A stretch of DNA of 51,988 nt from Phoronis australis (Eukaryota > Animalia > Phoronida). The notes below the pieces were generated by a model that ran no database searches, was not told where the DNA came from, and worked only from the letters and a program-made list of their open reading frames with translations. The translations under genes and the position numbers were made by a program. The stretch covers positions 341,363 to 393,350 of the forward strand of contig NMRA01000430.1 in NCBI GenBank assembly GCA_002633005.1, in the 5' to 3' direction. This document shows, piece by piece, positions 23,950-34,800 of this stretch; the first letter of the stretch is position 1; every line of letters starts with the position of its first letter.

Positions 23950-25577
23950 ATTTTCCTCAATCCCCAGAGTCGCACACTGGCGTAGTTGCAGTGGTGACCA
24001 CTTGTAACAGACACAGCAACTGTCCTTATCCCCCGCACGCGAGTCCTCAGCGCTGTCACTTTCGAACTGTGAAGCTTGTGACGACCTTAATCCTGATGAA
24101 CCTGCTTCATTTAAATTATCATTTCACGGTTTCTGAACTTTACTTCTGTTGCTGTTATTCTCTCCATATGCCTTAGTTTGTAGTCACCTTTGAGTTTCTT
24201 CACCTTTTTCTTTTTGTCTCTTGTGCCTTTTCTGTCACCTGTGCCTTTGTTGTGTTCTTTTTCTATTTCAGAATTTCTACATTCTCTGTCAGCACCTTAC
24301 AAGACAAACTTGCAGAACTGCTTAAACGGATTTGGTCACTTGGCAATGGTCTCTTCACTTCTGTACACTTCTGCAAACGTTTACTAAAAAAATCATTTTC
24401 AACCTCACTTCCACCAGTAGTCGTCAAGAATGCTGTGGATGGAGTGATCATTTCAGGGGGGACAATGGTGTTGTCAAACAGGTATATTCCAGTTTTCTGG
24501 AAAGCGGATTGAAGATTTTCAGGAGACCGCGCTTTCATGTAGGCTTTGCTTACAACAAGGTAACAAAGATCAAGGCGAGTAATTCCTGCCCTTGTGGCAC
24601 ATTTGCTATAAACTGCCTCCATTGGTCTATAACACCCAACATCAAGTGCTTGTAGTATGTGTGATGTGTTGGCTGACAGAGTTCTTTGCCCGTTCTACTA
24701 CAGTTATATCCGTGTGTGACTTGTGGCCATCAAGTAACAGTAGAACAGACTCCTGAAGGCCACCTGAGACAAACTTCGCGAAGTGATTTTGTAGCCACTT
24801 GAGAAAAACTTCAGAGTTTGACCATCCACTGTCTGTGACTGTTCCACTTGCCCCTGGAGAAGAATCTTGCAGTAGATCTGAGTTGAATCTTTTGCCCTTA
24901 AAGACAAAGAATGGGGGCATCGATTGGCCAGCTGCACTACCACATCCCAATATGGTTGTGGTCACGGATCTCCCTGATATGACCACTTGAGGGGCACACT
25001 TCGGTCTGCTGCAGACGACAATGTGTGGAGGCTTGTAATTGGTTGTCACACCCTTTTCATCCCCATTAAATACTCTGTGTGGCTTGTCTTCAAATCATAC
25101 TTCATCAAAGCAGAATGCAGCACTTCAAAATATTTGTCAATTTTTCTTTGACTTGCAGATTACACTCACATATTCTATACCCTTTGCCTTGACAACTCTC
25201 ACCTCTGGCCAGCGCCTTACAAACCATCCAAACCACTTAATGGGAAGGGACTCTCCTGGCTTCCTTATTCCCTGCTGGATGGACCACTTCGTTAACATGG
25301 TGATGACTTCTTGCCTTGTATACCCATACTCAAGACTCGCCATTTCTTTTACATGTTTTACAATTAAGGCTTCCTGGTGTACATTGACGATTCGAGACAC
25401 ACTCATTGTGACGCATTCAGGCTCTATCCTCGCACTTACTCTATCTCTCAGCGTACATTGTATTGTGCAGCTGCTGAGTTGACGGACATGCCATCCTCAC
25501 GTACTTTTTTGTATGCCTTAAGAAGACTGCCTACATCATACTGTCGCGGCTTTCTGTGTTGCTTTTTTACAGGCTTC
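23950..25577 (-). pseudogene. Decayed pogo/Tigger-like DDE_1 transposase (HTH_psq + CENP-B-type HTH + DDE + C-terminal Cys-rich PHD-like remnant)
   Basis: Fragments across frames: RQYDVGSLLKAYKKVREDGMSVNSAAAQYNV; EYGYTRQEV...WFGWFVRRWPE; RVFNGDEKG; TILGCGSAAGQSMPPFFVFKGKR; SGWSNSEVF; LLLDGHKSH; LQALDVGCYRP; NLQSAFQKTGIY; DSCCVCYKW. Stops, frameshifts and deletions are present. Confidence 0.9.
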
Positions 25578-28500
25578 TGTAATAAATAAATGTTTTTGTG
25601 AACTGTTTCATTCTTATGTGCTCCTGTTTGCTTACATTTTTTTGTGTTTCTGCATCAAGAGGTAAAAAATACATAGTAAAAATGCATTACAGAATTTGTG
25701 TAAAAGTGTACATAATTATTATGTTTCGGATAGCTCAAATATGTAGAGTGACGTCAGCGCACTTTAAACAACACTAAGGACCCAGCATAAAGTATCTGTA
25801 AGTGCTGAGTTCCCCTGGCCTTACAAATTGTGGTGGACCCTGGGACATTTTGATATTGTTTGAGCAACCCCTAGATTGCATTTTATATCAAATCTGAACG
25901 ATAGTTGGTTTCGCAATTATGTTTTGAAAATGTGCAAAAAACTGCATTAGTAAAATATGCTGTTTTGAGTATAACTTTTGAAAACAAACTATCAACTCAC
26001 TGTTTTGTTTCACATTATGAACTGTTCAGAACAGCTACATGTCCCAATACTGTTTTGACAATCGTAAGCAGACGAATGCTGGAAATTGGAACGCTAGATG
26101 TCGCGGTACCTCGCAGAAGCGGAAACGAGATGATTCACGACTTTAGGGCATTGCTGACTTTAGGGCCTCAGATGGTATGTCACAGAAATTTGCGATATTT
26201 AGACTTAAAAATTTTAGATTCAATGCAAGTTCGACTTGTTTCATTAAAATCAAATCATTCATTGTTGTTAAGAAAGTTAATCTGGGTGAAATTTGACTTA
26301 GGTGTTAGTTGAGTTGAATATGGACTGACTGGAATGACCTCCTCATGTCAGGAAGGGCATGTTCCTTTTCCCTCAAGAAACTTGCTTGGAACCTTAATAG
26401 TGAAGTGATTGGTCAGAGTACTGGAGATAGTAATTTTTATTTTTACTGTTAATTATTATAATTTACAGTAAAAATAAATTGTTATATCCTGTACGGTAAA
26501 AATTATGGTTACATAAGATTCCTCATGAAGACCATGCCAATATCTTTACATGGATCTCTTTCCCTGCAAATGGGTTATGTCTGGATTCTTATAAAACTAT
26601 AACATACTGTTATGTTTGCTAGTATCTCCTCGTTTTCAAGTCTCTGTTAACTTGGAGGAGTACTTGGAAGGACTAGACATCCAAACATACACATCGAAAC
26701 AATCACCTCAGTGGTACTATTGGGTTGGGCTGTCTATACCACATTGCAGGTAGAGCTTCATATGTTTCGTTGTTTAGTTAAAACTAGCGTTACTATCAGG
26801 GTTTGAATTAGGAACAAGATGAAAAATGTCCTTGGTTTAGCCAGTGTGCTTGAATGTAAGCTTTAACAAGCTCACAAATTCTTGTAGCCATTTGTTCAAG
26901 TCAATGTAAAGCTTTTGGTTTTGCTATAAGTTTCAAAATGTATACGCAAAAGTATGCTTGTGAGATTAAACTTTGAGTTCTGCCTGTTGAATCTCCATGT
27001 AAAATTAGTAAGGGGGCATTTCAGGGCTGTGCTGGAGACTGTAAGTTAGAAATACGACTAGCGCTGCTCATTAATGTATAGTTGTGCATTGCCTTATCAT
27101 ACTAAACACGTAAACAAAGAAAAGTCCGTAAAAATAATGGGAATTTAAGTTTATCGCAGTTGCCAGCAGTTTCATCACCTAATCATTGTATTCTTTATGT
27201 TTGGATTGTCATACAGCTTGAAATAAAAAGTTATAAAATATGTTATCTGGTTAGCCTGAAGTCCAACTTTTATTAACACATTAAGTTTTGTTATATGCAT
27301 GGTTTGGTCTAGATTGTGATTGGACAGTAGGCTACCATGTGCATATTTTGTACTCAAGTTGTGTAGAATAATTTGTTTTGAATGTCTTAGTAGTGAATCC
27401 AGGGTTAAAATTTCATTCAAAACAACTGGAAAACTGACCCATTGCAGGAAATGCTTGGAGTAAATTTGCACACTCTTACTTGAATCCTGGAGAGTGATTG
27501 GTTACGTTTTGAGTCTGAGTTTAAAGACTAGTTTCTAGGCTCTGAAGATACGTGAGTAATTGCATGCGGGTTTTACAAATCAATGTTGTATAAACAGCTT
27601 ATATATAAATATTCACCTGTCTTATACTGACAGCCTTTGCCTGTCTATTATTAAAATTTGGTGTCTTTATTTCAGAGTGTGGCTTTAACAATCGTTGGAT
27701 AAGGACGGGTATCCAGACAACACAACGCACACACTTCTGTACTGTAGCTCCTGAACCTATGAATTCGGTTATCTCCTCTCTGAAACACGTGTTTGTTGTC
27801 ACAAAACATGGATTATTTTCCCATGAAGCTAAGCGAGCATATGCACCTGAAGAAGATTAAGTGGTTTGTGGTGTCGCATAGATATGTATGAGGTAGCTTT
27901 AAATTGAAGGAAAGTGGATAACTTTGTAATCAAATGTCTTAAGTTTTCTAATTTCCACCTCGTATAACGAGGTTGTACTTAGAGTTACTTTTACTGAAAC
28001 TTGTTTGTGCCGTGGAGTGTATAGGATTTACTGTTTAACTGTGATTGTCAACAAAAATGAAACTTTGACTTTTAAATTTATATTTTGAACGGTTGAAAAT
28101 CATGATAGGTAAGTCTAAGCACTATTTCTAGCCTAAGAATTGCGGGGACAATCTAACAATACTTCCCCTCACATCTGTGACCCTTACCGACAAACTTTCA
28201 GTTACCTGTTATGTTTTATGTTATGCCCTTGTCTCTGCGGATATTCTTGAATTTTGCATGTTGCGTGATTTGTTATTCCTGGTGTCGTTGCTATAATTTT
28301 AGTAGAAAACTGTGCTGATGAAACATAGACTTTTGTTGTAGTAGTACTTCCTGGCCATCTAATTACTTTTTTCTTTGGTTGTGTTTCATGATTTGGTAGT
28401 GATTCCTCTGTACATGCATTCCATTTCGATCTCTCAATTCTTATATAGTGTCATAGACTGAGAGAAAGATGCATATATGAATATATTATTAGCCTGATTT

Positions 28501-28789
28501 AGTTTTCAGTGCATTGTATTCATGACACTTATGAACTGATTTTTGAAATGTTCTGGTTTTTGAGGTTCTTGGATTTCACACATGCCCTGTCATAAGGAAC
28601 TAATGTGTTTTGAGCATGGGCATTTTATTTTTTGCGGTTTATCACTGTAAATGAAATGTTAGTAGAACTCTATTTTTGTTAAACAATGTATGAAAGTCAT
28701 TAAATTTGTTACTGTACTCCACTCTTGATTAATTTTAATAGTGAAAATCGGATTTTCTAAATGGCTGTCTTTTTGAAACTTATTGGCCT

Positions 28790-29055
28790 TGGAAAATTTC
28801 AGTTTTCAGAGGTTAATTACTTGAAAACTTAAGTTCTGAAAACTTAATTTTTCAAAAACTTAAGTTTTTGAAAAATTAAGTTCTAGAAACTTGAGTATTT
28901 TGGAACAAATTTTTTTGGAACGAACTTAAGTGTTCATAACTTAAATTTTGAAAACTTAAGTTTGTTCCAAAAAACTAAGTTTTCGCAATTAACACTTTTT
29001 TCAGACCAAAAACTTAAGTTTTTCAATGAAAACTTAAGTTCATTTTTGTAAGTGT
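28790..29055 (-). repeat. Right end of the same CACTA/EnSpm-like family
   Basis: ...aaaacttaagttcattttttgtaagtg|ta is an inverted match to the sequence starting at 19567. Confidence 0.7.
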
Positions 29056-29206
29056 AGTAATTTTTTGTACTCTGTTCAAAGGTGCCACTTGTGAAATTCA
29101 TTCTTCCAATTTGGAGAATCTCTCCAGACCTAGAATTTTTTTTCTGAGACGGGAAAACTCACCGATTGGGAGAAATTCTCCCAATTTGAAAACCTGCTTC
29201 TGCTGT

Positions 29207-30151
29207 GCACAGACACTTTCATCAGCCACTCGCCGTTATGTACTATAATATATAGAAGGTATACAAGAGCGATCCAATATGGCCGATGAGTAAGTGAGTT
29301 CGTACTGATTAAAATAAACGGGACAGTTAAAAATACACATCAAATTCATTGCAAGTATTGATGCTTAACTTGAAATTTAGAGTGAAGGCACAACAAATTT
29401 TTGGTATTAAAAGTAATGGAACCACCTGATTTAGGTAATGTGTCTCAAATTGCAAAGCTTACTCACTGATTAATGATGGGTACTGCATAGTGCGCTTCTA
29501 ATGTGCATGCTCAACGTTATGTCGCATCAAATCAAAATAACAACATAAGTGGTGACATGTTCTGTTGAGGATCACGAAAGTAAATATTTTAACACATGTT
29601 CTTGGAACAATTGTGCATCACAACAAGTACATCTTCTGTGTTTTCATTTGACTCAAACGAACATGCTCTTCATAAAAAAGTATTAGAAGTCGACTTTGTT
29701 CCAGAGTGTGTGTTCAACACGGCATGGCTAATCAACCTCTATAAAACACTGGGTTATATTATAACACCTTTCTGACTCGCGCCTCTGCCAAATGAATGGC
29801 ACAAAACTTTCAACCAATGAGTAGCTATGCCACACATGTTGTTGCTTTCATTTGGTGTAAGGCTATTTTAGAGCACAATCTGCAGTACCTATCGTTAATC
29901 AGTGAGTGAACTGTGGACTTTGATGCATATTGCCTGCATAAGATGGTTCCATTTGTCTTTAATGGTTGTGTCTTCACTAAACAAACATTAAGATAAGCAC
30001 GCATGTAATTACTTATTTGAAGTGTCTTTTAAATCGTTCCACTGATTTTAATCAGCATAAACTGGTCTGCTTGACGGCCATATTGAATCACTCTTATATA
30101 CCTTCTGTTTACTATAATGCCATACAAGCAGCTGATTAAAGGTACCTGTGC
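29207..30151. mobile_element. Long-TIR foldback MITE (~350-bp diverged arms)
   Basis: Inverted pairs include agaaggtatacaagagcgatccaatatggccg / cggccatattgaatcactcttatataccttct and actcactgattaatgatgggtactgca / tgcagtacctatcgttaatcagtgagt. Confidence 0.8.
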
Positions 30152-30848
30152 TTAGTGATATAGACAGTGCCACTGTCTCAACTGGTGGCATAGACAATGG
30201 CCATTTCATAGGCCCTCCATACGCCGAAAGCTTTTTAGCGAATTATGTATCTCACTGATTAAACCACAAAAGTCATTTTGCTTTAAGTACCACTGTCTCT
30301 AATGCGGTCAGTTGAGATGTTGGTACTGTCTTAGGTGTTAGGCAATTACATGGCCTGTGTACACCTGCGGCGATGGTAGACCCCCATAAAAAGTTATTGA
30401 TATTGAGTGAAACATGTATGCATTGAGTTACAATTAAAACATACCATGAATCTGGAGACAATTTACTCAACATAATTCAAACATGTCCATAAAAATCTGT
30501 CGACGTTTACTCAAGGTTCCATCAATCATAGGTGCCATTTTGAGTATGTTATGTGAATAGGGAATTCACACCACCAGTTCACGAATAAAAAGTCAAAGGA
30601 ACACGAATTCCTCCAGATATCTTCAGATAATACTTTTTACAAGTATCAGCCATCAGGTTACGTACTCTGCTCAGTCTTGTTTTCTTGACTTTTTTCAAAC
30701 ATTTATTATCAATAAGTAACATTACATTGTAAATCTGTCTTGCACTTGTAATGGCTTAACTCTTGTGACATCATTTGAAATATTTTGTGGTTATCGTGTG
30801 CACTGAAAAAATTAATGGCGACCAAAAATGTCATCTTAATTCTCATAG

Positions 30849-30892
30849 ATATGCTTCATCGAGAATAGAACCAGAAGGAATTGCTGAAGAAA
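30849..30892 (+). other. Candidate 5' exon of the ABCC5-like gene (UTR or coding)
   Basis: tcatag acceptor and gtaagt donor around 44 nt; no homology support. Confidence 0.35.
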
Positions 30893-30948
30893 GTAAGTGC
30901 GTTTTTAAGTGCAAAATGTATTTTTGACTTGGTGAAAACTTCTTATTC

Positions 30949-31271
30949 CATAGGCGGATTAAGGGGGGCCCAGGGGCCCAGACTCCCCCCTTAGCTGCCG
31001 CAAGCAAAATGAAACAGCAACAGCATGAAGCGTGAGGAAATGTTGAGTTCAGGAGCTAGGACCGGCAGCAGACGAAGGGGTGGGGAGCTCAGGCGCGGAA
31101 ACGCGTTCTGTTTTTTTTTTCTTTTTTAGTGTACTGATAGATTTTCTGCACAAAAGGTCTACTTTCTCGGCCCAGGCAACTTTCGGGCCGCCTATGCACA
31201 TACAATCGTGCTTTGCCCAATTCCTGGAGGATGTTCAGGCCCCTCCTTATGGTATCCTAGATCCGCCACTG
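30949..31271. mobile_element. hAT-like MITE with 5-bp flanking direct repeat tattc
   Basis: tattc|cataggcggatt ... gatccgccactg|tattc. Confidence 0.7.
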
Positions 31272-31389
31272 TATTCGGTGAGCAGATTTGGCCCACGGCC
31301 TGTTTAAAATATGCGGGATGAGGAGTGTTGTACTCCCTGTTGTAGCCAGCTAGCCAAGTGGGGTACATGTTGCCTGTGTTAGTGCTAGA

Positions 31390-31660
31390 CTGCTCAGCCT
31401 CGGTCTCCACTCTCAATGGTCTATGCTCAGCCTCAGTCTCCACTTTGACTGGCCTAACTTCAGCCTTAATCACCACCTCCGCTGGCCTACGCTCAGCCTT
31501 GGTTTCCAATCTTGCTGGCCTGTGCTCAGTCTGAGTATGCACTCTCACTGGCCTGTGTCAGCATCAGTCTTCACACTCATTGGCCTATGCCCATCATCAG
31601 TCCCCACTCTCATTGGCTTGTGCTTAGTCTCAGTCTCCACTCTCACTGACATATGCTCAG
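31390..31660. repeat. 33-bp minisatellite, ~8 units
   Basis: gctcagcctcagtctccactctcactggcctat variants. Confidence 0.9.
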
Positions 31661-31783
31661 TTGTACATGGTTATGTTTTGTTTTTTTTAGTTCAGTTCCT
31701 GTACTGACAAGGGCTTCATTTTAGCTTTGTAAAGATAAGATGGTATTTGTTTTAAGATATTTCTAATTTGTTTCAGGGTCAAA

Positions 31784-31830
31784 ATGGCATTGGAAAATGA
31801 AGATGTTCCACTGGGAGATCAGGATATTAG
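31784..31830 (+). CDS. ABCC5: ABCC5-like probable start exon (MALENEDVPLGDQDI)
   Basis: tttcag acceptor ending at 31776, aaaATGG context, gttagt donor; phase 2 joins the 34319 exon in frame. Confidence 0.65.
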
Positions 31831-34800
31831 GTTAGTGTATTTCTACCAGTCTCGTCAATTTCATTTTTATGGTTATTTCAAACCTCCATTCTAATTCATA
31901 TACCAAAAACAGGCTATGTCAACTTGTGAAAGTACATAATTATTTTATGGAAGAAAAAAGATCATCTCTGATAAAATTGTTTTATATTGATGTGCCATTA
32001 TTACTATTACATTACCACCAAGTCAAAATTTCATTTTTAAGAAGGGTACAGATAGCAGATTAACCACTTGGTCGATGTATAAAACCCTTTGAAAACTTCA
32101 CAATTGACCTCAAAAACGCTGTTAAAACTTCATGATTACTCATTTAGTTTTGTTTCTATGCCAAATTAATTTGCAAAAGGTAACATGTTTTTGTAAAATA
32201 TAGTATTTTTTGGATGTTTGAAATAGTCAATACAAAAAAGCAGACCCAGAAAGTGCCAGGAGGCATTGTATCTGACATAAACAACACAATACAAAGAAAT
32301 CTTTTTTCAATTATACACACATATGTAAATTGATAAACTAATGTTAAGATTATGATGATATGTATTAAATATAAATATGATTACGAATATAAATAAATCA
32401 TTTTCATACAAAACTTGAATAACTGATTTTACAGTCAATGTGATGAAGATTTGAAAATAAGCACATGTATACGGTGTTATCAACTCACTCAAAGAGATTT
32501 AATACCAAAAAATTTTGAAACTTTTTTTAATAAAACTGTCCTCATTATCATATTGTTTGGATTCTCGGGTCAGTGACCCTCTTTGTTCTACGATTATTGG
32601 TTTAATTGTACCCGTTATCTCTTTGTCTTGTCGCAACACTGGGTCATTGTCCATAATTCTCTTCAAGTTTCGAGTTTTTGGTCAATTTCTATTTCCCTCC
32701 CTCCCTCAAACCAATTTTCTTCCATTCTCCGTTTACAATTGATTTCCCCATGTCACTGTCCTGGTGTTGCTTCCCCTTATTGTTACTTATTTTTCTAGGT
32801 CACCACTTGGGTATACCTTCAACAATGCTTCATTGTACATCCCATACTGCTGTTTGTCCAGCAGAGGCATCCACCTTTACAGCTCAACACATTATATAAC
32901 TTGTGTTTATCCCTATCTGTAATAGTTTAGTTTGTCACAATATATATGACCTTTTATCACATCTACACAGTCATGTTGTTTCACTGCAAAATAGCTTCGG
33001 TATCGCTTAAGTCAAGTTCTTTATAAAATTTAGAAAGAAAAATTTTGTTAAACATTTTTGGAAGATCTGAATATTTTTTGTAAACATTGGGCTATTGTTC
33101 GAGTGTCTGGAAAAGCTGTGCCCTTTGGTTCCTGCTTACTGTACAGGCAAAGAGAATATGAGCATACGCCTGAGTGTCTCCACAGTTACACAAAGGTGAA
33201 GTGTTATTAAAATTATGTCTAAATTTGTCATTCTTGAGGAATAATCTGCATCTTGATCTGTAACCGTAGGATGATTTCTTGGTTGCTTGGAAGGGGCTGG
33301 CAAGTCTAGAGTTGTGGTATGCAGTTTAAAGTTATTTTGAGAGTGATAGTTGAAGTGTTTTATTTTATTTTGGTTGGTAAGGAATTCCAGCTGTCAATGC
33401 AAGTTAATATCTGGTAGATGATGTCATTGTAATCTAGATGTGGAAGAACAAAAGACTTGAACAGAGTTTCAAGATGCATGGAGTTGAGATAACAATTCTT
33501 ATTGGATTAATTAATTTTTGTACTTTTTGAATGAGTTCACGACAGTGAGGAGTAAATGTAAGCTTATGGTCTAGTAGCAATCCAAGGTGTTATGTAGTAG
33601 TTGTATTAGTCTATCTTATGTTACCCAAAAACTAGGTGTTTAAAAGGAAAATTCTAACAGTGCTTTTTAGATTGATGAATAAATATTAAAATTGGAAAGT
33701 TTCAATGAAATCCGCCTAGCCATTTTCGAGAACCCGTGTTCCTGAAGCTGAGAAAAAGCGGCATATGTTACTAGTCTGCAATTTCTCTTGGTTTATGATT
33801 AATTGTTCGCTGAAAACTTGTTTTTGGTCAATACAACCTATACATGCTGTGACCTTGTTAGCTATTTCAACATTCACTCGTAATATCAGCTGAACTTACA
33901 GTGCGTAATTAACTTAATTATTGCTTAAACGTTTGAATTTTGTAAGTCGTGTTTCTTGTGCCTTGAGTCAAATTAGGTCAAAGGCGGAGTCAGCTGTTAG
34001 CAGGTCAACAGCTCATTGTGGTACATACGGAACTGCTCTATGCCAGGCGGGAGATTCGATTTCAGTGTCAGCAACCAGTAACCCTTTTGGTACTTACTCA
34101 AACAGCTTCCAACATGCTGCTTACACTGTATAAGGCCATTGCCTCGCCAATGCCTGCTTGTTGAGTTCAGTCCTCTGCAATTCCCATGCTTAGAGACACC
34201 CTCTACATCTTTAAATAAGGCACATCAAGCTCCTCAGTTTGTCGTTGAAATTGTACCAGGATTTGTCTGTTGGGACCCTCAGCTTCTGGTCTGATGTCAG
34301 GGTGTGTTGTACTTGTAGCTCTGACTCTTGCCCTCACCATGTGGTCATCGAACCAACAACAAGATGGAAGTACCTCTCGGCTCTAAAGCAACTGTTTCCC
34401 ATCAGAGCAAAGAAAGGGTAAATATTTCTTTTGAAGGTACAGAGTTATAGGCCGAGTTAATGTTATAACTGTTGTGTAGCGTTTGATGTGTGTTGATCCT
34501 AATTTGTTATTGGACAGCTTCTTTTGCATTGTAACAATTGATCTTTCACAGACAGACATCTTTTGTGCAATGAATTATGGGAAGTCTTGCATTATGCTTA
34601 CCAGCTCCTGCAAACATCTGCTTTCTATAAAATTACGAAGAGTTATTTGGTGACAAGTCTAAGGCATACATACAGAAAGTAGCAGTTTAGGACGTAAGTT
34701 TAATTGTAATGTACCGTCAGTGTATATTTGGAAGTGACAACAATATGCTTGGCGACTATCAATATTGTAGCTGGCGTGAAAATGGAAAATTCCTGAGACA

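Noticed and set aside
31192-31707. ORFs with repeated ETEAEHRP-like peptides
   Set aside because: Translation of the 33-bp minisatellite in an intron; no splice or homology support.
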